A DNA stretch of 63,745 bases from Kiritimatiellia bacterium (GTDB lineage Bacteria > Verrucomicrobiota > Kiritimatiellia > RFP12 > UBA1067): contig JAFYDR010000001.1 in NCBI GenBank assembly GCA_017544725.1, positions 1 to 63,745 on the forward strand, written 5' to 3'. The notes under the pieces were generated by a model, which saw only the letters and a list, made by a program, of their open reading frames with translations, searched no databases and was not told where the DNA came from. Both the position numbers and the translations under genes were made by a program. Shown piece after piece: positions 8,689 to 17,565 of this stretch. Every line of letters begins with the position of its first letter. The stretch's first letter is position 1.

Positions 8689-10191
8689 ATGGTTAACGAT
8701 ACGGAGCGTGAAGAGCCGAAAGTACCTTCTTCCGGCAAGCGAACCTTGTGGTTCACAGCATTGCTGTCCATCGCCCTAGGCGGAATCCTGACGATTCTCC
8801 TGATGGTGTTGGCAGCACGTTTGGATTTTTCTTGGGAGTCATCGGTTGACCATGTACAGCAAGTCTCCGAACGGACGCGGGGAATTCTTGCGAACACGCA
8901 AGGCTCCATCCGTATCACCTGTTTTTTCGATCGCGGACACCTCCTCTTCCGCCCAATCTCGCGTCTTTTGCGCGGCTTCCAGCAAGCGTCACGCGCGGTT
9001 GCGGGTGCGGACTTGGAAATCGACTATGTCGATCCCCGCTGGGATTTGACGCGAGCCGGGAAACTGGCTGCGTTGAAGATCCCGGAAAATTCGTTGGTCT
9101 TCGAGCAGAAACATCGTACCGTAACCGTCACGCTGGACGAGATGCTTTCCTCCCGTTCCCATTTGCGGACGGATGATTCCGAAAAGGAATACGATCGGAA
9201 TGAACTCGGTGTTTTTCGCGGCGAGACGATCTGCGCTTCCGCTATCGCGAGATTGGGACTTCCGTTTGAGAAGTCTGTCATCTACTGGTTGGATGGACAC
9301 GGCGAGGTCAAATACGACAACTATGACGAACGTTACGGATTTTCGGATATCGCAAGGGAACTGACCAGAGACGGGTTTGAAATCCGCCCGTTGCAGTTGC
9401 CCGGATTGAAGGCGATTCCAACGGACTGCCACATCCTGATTATTGCGGGACCTCGCAAGCCGCTTGCGAGGGAGGAATTCGAGTTGCTCCAGATTTATCT
9501 CCTGCGCGGCGGCAGGATGCTCTGCCTGTTGTCTCCCGCTACGCCGCCGGACTTCGCGAAGTTTTTCGCCAACTGGGGAATCCGTGTTTCGCCGCTGGTT
9601 GCAGTCGGACCGCGTACCTTGACGGGCGGTGACATCGTAATCTCGAATTTCGGCGATCATGTGATCTCGCGCAATCTGGAAAACGCAGCCGTCATCTTCG
9701 GAACACCGCGTTGTCTGGAGGCGGCAACTCTGGACGACAACAGCCCGGACAAACCGACCGTGAGCATCCTGGCAAGTTCGAGTGCAGACGGCTGGGGGGA
9801 ATCGCAACCCGATATCCGACCGTACACGTTTGATCCGGCAAACGACAAGCCTGGCCCAGTGGCGGTTGCCATTGCCGTAGAACGTGGCGAGAAGATGTCG
9901 CACGACATCGTTTTCAAACCCACGCGCCTCTGCGTCATTGGCGAAACCGACTTTGTGATGAATGGTGCGCTTGCTACGAGAGCCAACGCCAACCGCGATT
10001 TCTTCCTCAACGCCGTAACTTGGTTGGCGGGAATCGACACCAGCACGGCACCCTCGCAAGGCGGCGATGCAACTCTCGTCACGGGGATGACAAGAAAGCA
10101 GTGGATTCTCCTGAAACTGATCGCCGCCGCTGGGATTCCCGCAGCGATCCTTTTCCTCTTTTTCCTCGGGGCAATCAAACGGAATTTCTGA
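8689..10191 (+). CDS. GldG-like ABC-transporter auxiliary protein
   Basis: N-terminal TM LWFTALLSIALGGILTILLMVLAA, IYWLDGHGE motif, C-terminal NRDFFLNAVTWLAG and a terminal TM segment. Confidence 0.75.
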   Translation: MVNDTEREEPKVPSSGKRTLWFTALLSIALGGILTILLMVLAARLDFSWESSVDHVQQVSERTRGILANTQGSIRITCFFDRGHLLFRPISRLLRGFQQASRAVAGADLEIDYVDPRWDLTRAGKLAALKIPENSLVFEQKHRTVTVTLDEMLSSRSHLRTDDSEKEYDRNELGVFRGETICASAIARLGLPFEKSVIYWLDGHGEVKYDNYDERYGFSDIARELTRDGFEIRPLQLPGLKAIPTDCHILIIAGPRKPLAREEFELLQIYLLRGGRMLCLLSPATPPDFAKFFANWGIRVSPLVAVGPRTLTGGDIVISNFGDHVISRNLENAAVIFGTPRCLEAATLDDNSPDKPTVSILASSSADGWGESQPDIRPYTFDPANDKPGPVAVAIAVERGEKMSHDIVFKPTRLCVIGETDFVMNGALATRANANRDFFLNAVTWLAGIDTSTAPSQGGDATLVTGMTRKQWILLKLIAAAGIPAAILFLFFLGAIKRNF

Positions 10192-10192
10192 C

Positions 10193-12037
10193 ATGGGAAA
10201 TCGACGCACGCTTCTATTTCTGCTATGCGGCATCTGCCTGACACTCCTCGCGCTGTATCTGCTTCGTTCCCCCGCCGCGCTGACCGCGACGGACTCCAAC
10301 CTACAGCTTGTCGCGCAACCGCTGACCGACATTGAGCACATCACCATCGACAACGAACGTTTCCACATGGGACTCGTTCGGCAGGATGATCACTGGATCA
10401 TTACGGCACCCTTCTCCGCAGAGGTCAATCAGGGTGCCGTGCAGAAATTCCTCGATGCGCTGGAAAAAAGCCGCGTCTCCGACTCGGTCTCCTTTCCTGA
10501 TCTGGTTAAACGCGACCTTTCTCTGCGGCAACTTGGACTGAATCCTCCGTGCACGAAGATTACACTGGAGGGGCGTGGAAATCGGATCGGGCTGGAGGTA
10601 GGATCCGTTTCCCCGATGGGAAAAGAGTTGTATCTACGCAGGGATGGCGAGGATCGAGTTCTCACAGTCTCCTCCGAACTCCTCCAGAGAATCCCCCAGC
10701 ATGTGAATGAAATCCGTTCCTACCAAATTTTTCCAAAAGACATTTCGCAAATCACGGGGCTTTCAATCCGTTCTCCAGGAAAGCCATTCATGAAGTTAGT
10801 CAAGAACGCGTCTGGATGGGGGTTCGTCCAACCCGAACTGGCACCCGCCGACGAACAAGCGGTGTCGAAACTACTTCAGATCCTCTGTACCAACCGGGTT
10901 ACGCGATTCGTCTGGCCCGACATCTCGAACGTAATGGATGTCATTCGCTCGGAGTCTCTTTTCAAAAGCAAACTGGCCCTGTACGGGCTAGACGAGGAGT
11001 CGGGAATGCATCTTCAGATATCCACCGGCGCGAATGAAAAACCTCTGCAATTGACTTTCGGGAAAGCCAGCCAAGACGATGCGGCTCTCTCTTACATTCA
11101 ACTCTTCGATGGTGAATCGATTGGGCTGGTTACGAACGAAGTCGTCTCAGCCTTCCAAATTCGTCCAGAGAACCTTCAGGACACGAGGCTTTTCCACCAA
11201 CCGCCCGAACGAATCCAGCGTTTGCTGATCCAGATGGGGGAAACCCGCTTCATTCTGGTTCAAACCAACCGACAGTGGCGACTGGAATCCCCTGTCAGCG
11301 ACCTCGCCGATCAGACGACCGCACATGAACTGGCGACCTCGCTGATCAACCTCCCCGTTTCACCGCTTCAGGAGGAGGCGGAAGAGGCACGGGAAAAAGA
11401 GCAGCGCTTCCAACCCGTCAGTACCGTCGAGCTGACCTTCCCCAATGAAAAGAAACGGTTGGAGATCGCATACAACGACATCGCCCAGAAAACCTATCGA
11501 ATCCGCATGGAGCATACTTCGACACGGTACGGTATCGCCGTTTCCAATATGCCGCCGCAATTGGTCAGCATGACTGGACTCCTTTCGCTCCATGACAAAA
11601 CCATGCTTTCCCTTTCTCCCACGAGCCTGCGACGAATTACGCAGAAACGTCAGGGCGGAGAGGAGCAAATCATCGAACGAAAAGATACGAAAGCACCTTG
11701 GCTTCCTGTCAAACCGGCGGGGACGATTGACGCGGATGCAGTTGCCGCCCTTGGTACCCTGCTGACCACACTCAAAGCCGAACGTATTGAAAAACTAAGT
11801 GTCTCACTGGAGGATCTCGCCTCTTACGGATTTCGCGAACCGTGGTTAGAACTAAACCTCGATGTCGATACCTCGGACGCCATACGGAAAACCATCCTGA
11901 TCGGAAAATCGACCGGGTTTGGGAAACGGTACGCCATGACCAGAGGAATCGAGCTCCTCTTTATCCTAGACGAGAAAGATCTTGCCGTCTTGTCCCAGCC
12001 GCTCGTCAAAGTATCGGTCCCTGAAGGAAAACAGTAA
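10193..12037 (+). CDS. DUF4340-like membrane-anchored protein (the usual GldG partner)
   Basis: The ATG lies 1 nt after the gldG-like stop. N-terminal anchor LLFLLCGICLTLLALYLL. Call rests on position and architecture only. Confidence 0.55.
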   Translation: MGNRRTLLFLLCGICLTLLALYLLRSPAALTATDSNLQLVAQPLTDIEHITIDNERFHMGLVRQDDHWIITAPFSAEVNQGAVQKFLDALEKSRVSDSVSFPDLVKRDLSLRQLGLNPPCTKITLEGRGNRIGLEVGSVSPMGKELYLRRDGEDRVLTVSSELLQRIPQHVNEIRSYQIFPKDISQITGLSIRSPGKPFMKLVKNASGWGFVQPELAPADEQAVSKLLQILCTNRVTRFVWPDISNVMDVIRSESLFKSKLALYGLDEESGMHLQISTGANEKPLQLTFGKASQDDAALSYIQLFDGESIGLVTNEVVSAFQIRPENLQDTRLFHQPPERIQRLLIQMGETRFILVQTNRQWRLESPVSDLADQTTAHELATSLINLPVSPLQEEAEEAREKEQRFQPVSTVELTFPNEKKRLEIAYNDIAQKTYRIRMEHTSTRYGIAVSNMPPQLVSMTGLLSLHDKTMLSLSPTSLRRITQKRQGGEEQIIERKDTKAPWLPVKPAGTIDADAVAALGTLLTTLKAERIEKLSVSLEDLASYGFREPWLELNLDVDTSDAIRKTILIGKSTGFGKRYAMTRGIELLFILDEKDLAVLSQPLVKVSVPEGKQ

Positions 12038-12262
12038 GGCGGCAAAGCCACCAGCGGGATAAGTGTGTTAAGCTGGTTAGGCTGGTTAGGCAGAGAAGGG
12101 ACATAAAGGACGAAAATGACAAGAGGAACGAGCGATCATACTCCGACACTTGTCATTAGTGACTTTGCCGCCTCTTCATTTTTCACTCGCCATTCGTCAT
12201 TGCCGCCGCAAGGCGGCACATCATTCTTCATTCCGAACGAAGTGAGGCAACGGGGACATTGC

Positions 12263-12644
12263 GGGCGCATCTGCGTATTTCACCGTCGTCTTTTGAAAAT
12301 GAAAACAACAGAAACAACGTAAAAAACAACTTGTCTTTAGAACGCGGGCCAACTCGCCCGCGTAATACACGGTGGTAATATGGAGAGCCGCCGTCCCGGC
12401 GGCTATGATGTGAACGATACAGCCGCCGAGACGGCGGCTCTCCATAGCGGCAAGCTCCCAACCCGCGCCGTGCGCGGGAACGTTCATGGGAATAACTTGT
12501 CGGTTTCGACGACGTGGGTATCGTCGTTATGCGGTGGACGCGACGGAGCGCGTCCCTCCCATTCGTCACTCGTCACTGCCGCCTTTGGTTGTTTCCAAAA
12601 TCCTCTCGTGCGTACGGAATGGGTGAATGACGCAGATGCGCCCC
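12263..12644. mobile_element. Second composite copy of the MITE-like family, inverted relative to 6270-6611
   Basis: Module B at 12263-12362 is about 90% identical by eye to the reverse complement of 6511-6611. Module A at 12588-12644 is about 53/57 identical to the reverse complement of 6270-6326. Both outer ends are GGGCGCATCTGCGT. The core differs from copy 1 and I saw no clear target duplication. Confidence 0.4.
12380..12445. repeat. Long perfect hairpin inside the composite element
   Basis: atggagagccgccgtc (12380-12395) pairs with gacggcggctctccat (12430-12445). An inner cggcggct / agccgccg stem is also present. Confidence 0.7.
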
Positions 12645-12668
12645 CTAAAAACTTTCTTCATTTCGGGA

Positions 12669-12697
12669 TTGATTTAGGGTCGGTTTTTCGCTACACT
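12669..12697 (+). promoter_or_regulatory. Candidate promoter of the pilus-like operon
   Basis: -35 TTGATT (12669-12674), 17-nt spacer, -10 TACACT (12692-12697). RBS aggaga at 12777-12782 precedes the ATG at 12790. Confidence 0.35.
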
Positions 12698-12789
12698 AAA
12701 TCCGTTTTTTAATGGAAGCAGTGTATCTTCGGGTCTGTTCGGGAGAGCGTCCGGGGGTATGTCCGCAGGGTTAAGCAGGAGACGAAATC

Positions 12790-13500
12790 ATGCAAACACG
12801 TGTTGGTTTTCTATCAGTTTTGACGGTCTGTGCGTTGGGTTCGATGTGGATCGGAAGCGCGGGAGCCGCGCCTTCTTCCCGTAACGTGACGGCAGGTAGC
12901 ATGATGGGTACGCGCGGTGCGCGTACCACCGCCGCGCGTACGGCAGGCGGTGCGGAAGAGGGCGGCGCCGAGGGCAAAGTGACGGTCAAGCTCGACCAGC
13001 GCGCGCAGAAGAGCGAGGCTCCCGAATTCAATGCCAACGCCAAGGTAAAGTCGCGTCTGGTCACCAAGCGCCGCGAGTGGGCGCTGGTCGAATGCGAGTA
13101 CAGCACGCACGAGAAGTGGATGGATCAGCTCTCATTCACCTACCATGTCCTCTCTTCCAGCAGGGACGAGGAGTCCGGCAAGCAGATTTACAACTACTAC
13201 ACCACGACCGTTCGGTACATCGACGTTCCCAAGGGCAAGCACCGCAGTTGCGTCTGTCTCTCCCCGAACCTTGTTGAACGTTATGGCGAGCCCGTCGCGA
13301 TGGCTTTGGAGGTGACCGGCAAAGGAAGCGATGTACTCGCATCCGACCAGACCTCTTTTGGTATCAACCTCCCCAAGGAGTGGTGGAAGAACGACAAAGT
13401 GATGAACAGCGAAATGCTCAAGCGCCGTAACGGTCTGATCGATCGCTCCAAGACACCGTTCGCCCTGATCAATCCTGACGACTACGAGGTGGTTCAGTAA
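12790..13500 (+). CDS. Secreted hypothetical protein, first gene of the pilus-like locus (Amuc_1102 position)
   Basis: Signal peptide MQTRVGFLSVLTVCALGSMWIGSAGA followed by a G/A/T-rich linker. The stop lies 1 nt before the pilM-like ATG. Confidence 0.7.
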   Translation: MQTRVGFLSVLTVCALGSMWIGSAGAAPSSRNVTAGSMMGTRGARTTAARTAGGAEEGGAEGKVTVKLDQRAQKSEAPEFNANAKVKSRLVTKRREWALVECEYSTHEKWMDQLSFTYHVLSSSRDEESGKQIYNYYTTTVRYIDVPKGKHRSCVCLSPNLVERYGEPVAMALEVTGKGSDVLASDQTSFGINLPKEWWKNDKVMNSEMLKRRNGLIDRSKTPFALINPDDYEVVQ

Positions 13501-13501
13501 C

Positions 13502-15229
13502 ATGGCAGATCGTATCCTTACCGTCAATGTCGGCGCCAGCAAGTTCTTGCTTGCCGAGTTCGCCGTGAAAAGCGGGAAGTCGCCGCAGTTGCTCAACTAC
13601 GGTGTCGGCGCGCTCGGCAACAATCCCGACCAGGAAGGCAGCATTGCCCCCGATCTGGGGATGCAGATGCGCGCGGTGATGCGGGAGCGCGGCATCCGTC
13701 CCGCCCCCCTGATGATTTCCCTTTCCGGGCAGATGGTCTTCCCTCGCTTCGTGAAGCTCCCCGCCGTGAGCGAGGACAAGCTGCAGCAGATGGTGCAGTA
13801 CGAAGTCGAGCAGAACGTGCCGTTCCCGCTGGACGAGATCGTCTGGAACTATCAGTTCCTCGGCGATGCCAGTACCGGCGAGCAGGCGGCGATGATCGTC
13901 GCCGCCAAGGTCGATAGCGTACGCGAGGTGACGGATTCGGTCACCGCAGCCAAGCTGGAGCCGGATCTGGTCGATGTGGCGCCGATGGCGCTCTACAACT
14001 GCCTGAAGTACAACTATCCCGATTTGGACGGTTGCACCGTGTTGTTGGACATCGGCTCGCGTTCGACCAACCTGATCTTCGTCGAGGACGAGAAGATCTA
14101 CAGCCGTTGCATTCCTGTTGCGGGCAACGCCATCACCACCGAGATTGCCAAAGTCTTTGACATCCCCTTCCTGGAGGCGGAACTCCTGAAGAAGGAACGT
14201 GCGTTCGTCTCGCTCGGCGGCGTGTATCAGGCGGAAGACGAGACGGATGAGAAGATTTCCAAGATCGTCCGCAACGTTGTGACGCGTCTCCATGCGGAGA
14301 TCAGCCGCAGCATCAACTTCTACCGCAGCCAGCAGGGGGGCAGCGTCCCGACGCGCATCATCCTCACGGGCGGGTCGGCGGTGATTCCGCAACTGGATTA
14401 CTTCTTCCGCGACAAGTTGCAGGTCGAGGTCGAGGTTCTCAACCCCTTCAACAACCTGCACATCAGTCCGCGTCTCAACCCCAAGGCGTTGGAGCGCGAC
14501 GGCTTCGAAATGGCGGAATGCGTCGGACTGGCGTTGCGCCGTTCGATGAAGTGCCCGGTCGAAATCAACCTGATGCCGCCGGAGATTACCGAGCAGAAGA
14601 GTTTCCAGAAACGCATCCCGTATCTGGCTCTTGCCGCGGCGGGTATCCTCTGCGGACTCGGACTCTGGATCATCTACGAGAAGCAGATTTCCAAGAACCT
14701 CGAAGAGCAGCTGGAGGTCGCCGAGCAGAAGTTCACCAAGATGAACGCCGACGCGAAACGCTACGACGCGGCATTCAACCAGCAGAAGGAGAAGGTCGAG
14801 GACGCCGAGGCCGCCATCGCGCGGATGTCCATCCGCTCACGCTGGCTAGACCGCGTACAGAAGGTTCAGCAGGCCGTCTCCGACTTCACGGGCGTCTGGA
14901 TCATGTCGCTCACGCCGATCGCCTCCGCACCCGCTACCGAGGATTCGGAAGGCGCCGCAGCCTCGTCCTCTGGCGAGAGCAGCAAGGGGGTTCGGATCGT
15001 GCTGCGCGGCTGGAACGACCGCCTGCGCGAGATCGAGGCGAAGAACAACCGCGGTACCGTTGCGGAACAACTCTGCAGCAAACTCAAGACGTTCGCCGCT
15101 TTTGGAAAGGGCGAGTCGGATGTTTCAATTGTCGGCAGCAAGGATGTGGATGGGTACATGACCGAATTCACGATCGACGCGATCTTCGCCTCTGCTTCCT
15201 CCGAGTCACAGGAAAAGGAGGACGAATAG
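13502..15229 (+). CDS. pilM: PilM-like actin-fold ATPase fused to a PilN-like TM/coiled-coil segment
   Basis: LLDIGSRSTNLIFVE and ILTGGSAVIP actin-fold motifs. These are followed by EINLMPPEI (a PilN-type NLLP-like motif), the TM IPYLALAAAGILCGLGLWIIY and a coiled coil. Confidence 0.85.
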   Translation: MADRILTVNVGASKFLLAEFAVKSGKSPQLLNYGVGALGNNPDQEGSIAPDLGMQMRAVMRERGIRPAPLMISLSGQMVFPRFVKLPAVSEDKLQQMVQYEVEQNVPFPLDEIVWNYQFLGDASTGEQAAMIVAAKVDSVREVTDSVTAAKLEPDLVDVAPMALYNCLKYNYPDLDGCTVLLDIGSRSTNLIFVEDEKIYSRCIPVAGNAITTEIAKVFDIPFLEAELLKKERAFVSLGGVYQAEDETDEKISKIVRNVVTRLHAEISRSINFYRSQQGGSVPTRIILTGGSAVIPQLDYFFRDKLQVEVEVLNPFNNLHISPRLNPKALERDGFEMAECVGLALRRSMKCPVEINLMPPEITEQKSFQKRIPYLALAAAGILCGLGLWIIYEKQISKNLEEQLEVAEQKFTKMNADAKRYDAAFNQQKEKVEDAEAAIARMSIRSRWLDRVQKVQQAVSDFTGVWIMSLTPIASAPATEDSEGAAASSSGESSKGVRIVLRGWNDRLREIEAKNNRGTVAEQLCSKLKTFAAFGKGESDVSIVGSKDVDGYMTEFTIDAIFASASSESQEKEDE

Positions 15230-16270
15230 ATGAAAAAACAACAAGTAACCCTCATCGTATTGGGGTCCATCTTCCTGGTTCTCACCGCTGGCGTCGGCTG
15301 GTTCCTTTGGCAGGCCATCGACGAGCGTACGGGCAAGGAGGAGGATTTGGCGCGTAAGACCGCTGAACTGGACCGCATCTACAACCGCCCTGTTTTCCCC
15401 AACGCGACGAACATCGCGGTGGTGAAGCAGAACGAAGTGATCGTCTCCAACTGGATGCGGCGTGCCGCCGCCCGGTTGCAGCAGGGCGCGATCCGCGTCG
15501 ATCTCCAGACGCCCAGCGGTTTCAAGCAGAAGCTGCAGGACACCGTGCGGGAACTCTCGTCCCAGCCCGGTTCCGTTGCCGGCAAGATTTGCGGACCGAA
15601 CTTCTTCTTCGGGTTCGACCGTTATCTCGGCGAGTCCTCCTCGCTTCCTGCCAACACCAATGTCGCCACGCGCCTTGCCTACCAGCTGGCGGTGATCGAC
15701 AAGATCTGCAAGGAACTCTACGCGGACGGCATTTTGGAAATCCGCTCCGTGACACGCGAGCTCTTTGACGACGCCGAGGCGAAACAGCGCGAGCTGGAGG
15801 CACAGCAGCAGGAAGAAGAGTCCCGCAACCGCCGTCGCAGGAACCGCCGCAACAAGAAGCAGGCGCAGGAGAACGCCGCCCAGCAGGGCGACGGAACCGC
15901 AAATTTCCAGATTGCGAAACAGTCGTTCTCCTTCGAGTTCGTTGCGCGTCCCGACGCCTTTACAAAGGTGCTCAACAGTCTGGCCGCGATGGAGCCGTTC
16001 ACCGCGATCACCAAGGTCGAGTACCGCGCGACCGCCGATTCCCTCGGGCCCTACACGCAGCGGCTGAAGAGTTCGGACGATGCCCTCAAGCTCCAGCAAC
16101 AGCAGGAGGAAGATTCGGGTGACGCGCTTGCCGAGGCGGCGGAGAAGAAAAAAGCCGCCGCGCCCGCGCAGCCGAAGCGTATCATCGTCACCAGCCCCGA
16201 CCTGGAACCGCCCCTGTTGGTCAAGATCGAGGCGGATGTTTACTCGTTTGACTACAAGGAGACCGAATAA
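15230..16270 (+). CDS. N-terminally anchored envelope protein in the PilO / Amuc_1100 position
   Basis: The ATG directly abuts the pilM-like stop. TM VTLIVLGSIFLVLTAGVGWFLW. Highly charged insert EAKQRELEAQQQEEESRNRRRRNRRNKKQAQEN. C-terminal PLLVKIEADVYSF. Confidence 0.7.
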   Translation: MKKQQVTLIVLGSIFLVLTAGVGWFLWQAIDERTGKEEDLARKTAELDRIYNRPVFPNATNIAVVKQNEVIVSNWMRRAAARLQQGAIRVDLQTPSGFKQKLQDTVRELSSQPGSVAGKICGPNFFFGFDRYLGESSSLPANTNVATRLAYQLAVIDKICKELYADGILEIRSVTRELFDDAEAKQRELEAQQQEEESRNRRRRNRRNKKQAQENAAQQGDGTANFQIAKQSFSFEFVARPDAFTKVLNSLAAMEPFTAITKVEYRATADSLGPYTQRLKSSDDALKLQQQQEEDSGDALAEAAEKKKAAAPAQPKRIIVTSPDLEPPLLVKIEADVYSFDYKETE

Positions 16271-16272
16271 CC

Positions 16273-17388
16273 ATGGCTACGAACCAGAAAGATAACGTCT
16301 TGCTCCGCTACTACGACAAGATCGTCGCCGTGGTGGTGCTGCTCGGTCTGCTCGGTCTGCTCTTCATCCTGCTCTCCAGGATTGACCAGAACAAGAAGGA
16401 CGGCGTCGATAAGATTCGGAACCGCCCCGAGCCGAACAAGCCCGCCGAGGTGATTTCGATGGAGCCGTACAACGCCGCAATGCGTTCGTTGCAGAAACCG
16501 ATGCGCCTGGAGCCGCCGAGCATTCAGGATCCCGGCTGCTACATCCCGGAACGTCGCGTACAGTGCGTCAACAAGGATTGCCGCAAACCCATTCCCCTGG
16601 ATGCCGAGAAGTGCGTCTTCTGCGGAGTCGAGCAACCGAAGGCCGCGCCCGTTCAGGAAATTCTGGACGCGGATGAGGACGGCATGGCTGACAAGTGGGA
16701 GGTCAAGTACGGGCTCAATCCGCAGAACGCAGAGGATGCCAAGGAAGATATGGACAACGACGGCTTCACCAACCTGGAGGAGTTTGTTGCCGGAACCGAT
16801 CCGCGCGATCCGAAGTCGCATCCGGATCTGGTCACGTTGTTGCGCGTTGCCGACGTGCGCGGCAAGCGGATGCCTTTCATCTTCGGCTCGAAGAACAAGA
16901 TGCCGGACGGTTACCAGCTTGTCTTCAATTTGATCAAGGCCAAGTTCGGTCAGTCTGCTATCTACGCCAAGACCAACTCCGTTATCTACGCCAGTAAGGG
17001 CGGATACGAAGCGGCGAAGATCGGCGAGGCGAAACCCGAAGATCCGAAAGAAGCCTATCAGGTCGTGAAGTTCACCGACAGTTCGGAGAAGCGCGACACG
17101 GGCAAGGGCTACAAGGAAACGGTCGATACGTCGGTCGTCGTCCTGCGCCGCCTGTCCGACAAGCGCGACATTTCGCTGACCATCGGTGACAAGAAACCTG
17201 TCATTACCGATACCGAAGCGGTTCTCGCCTTCCCGCTGGACAAGAAGGAGTGGAGCCTGATCGAAGGAGGAGATTTCAAAGTCCGTGAAGAAACCTACCG
17301 CGTGATCTCAATTGAAAGCGCGAAGAAGGAAGTTCTGATCGAAAATCAGGAAACAAAGAAGAGGAGTTTGATTCGGCCTGCCGAATAA
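16273..17388 (+). CDS. Membrane-anchored protein with a zinc ribbon and thrombospondin-type-3-like repeats (Amuc_1099 position)
   Basis: TM IVAVVVLLGLLGLLFILLS. CVNKDCRKPIPLDAEKCVFCG at about 16564-16626. DADEDGMADKWEVKYGLNP..DMDNDGFTNLEEFVAGTDPRDP at about 16672-16810. Confidence 0.75.
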   Translation: MATNQKDNVLLRYYDKIVAVVVLLGLLGLLFILLSRIDQNKKDGVDKIRNRPEPNKPAEVISMEPYNAAMRSLQKPMRLEPPSIQDPGCYIPERRVQCVNKDCRKPIPLDAEKCVFCGVEQPKAAPVQEILDADEDGMADKWEVKYGLNPQNAEDAKEDMDNDGFTNLEEFVAGTDPRDPKSHPDLVTLLRVADVRGKRMPFIFGSKNKMPDGYQLVFNLIKAKFGQSAIYAKTNSVIYASKGGYEAAKIGEAKPEDPKEAYQVVKFTDSSEKRDTGKGYKETVDTSVVVLRRLSDKRDISLTIGDKKPVITDTEAVLAFPLDKKEWSLIEGGDFKVREETYRVISIESAKKEVLIENQETKKRSLIRPAE

Positions 17389-17565
17389 CTTGAAATTTGT
17401 GACTTGATTTAGGTGGAAAAAGTAGGTATGATACTCTTTCCTTTACTTCTTGGACGATGAGAGGGGTGTGGCTGAAACCCGCACCCCGACCGGTACGGAG
17501 GCCGCTGTCAGTCCTTCGCATCGGGAAGAAATGTGAGCTGCCCCATGAAAGAGGAGTTTCCTAAA

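Noticed and set aside
12116-12712. Small ORFs 12116-12322, 12221-12487, 12228-12569 and 12380-12712, and similar ones at 27099-27370, 40080-40318 and 49215-49651
   Set aside because: They lie wholly within interspersed repeat or hairpin DNA. They overlap one another in several frames and have no RBS.
13469-14461. 330-aa minus-strand ORF opposite the pilM-like gene
   Set aside because: It is antisense to a gene with clear actin-fold motifs. Its R/L/H/D-rich translation has no recognisable domain.
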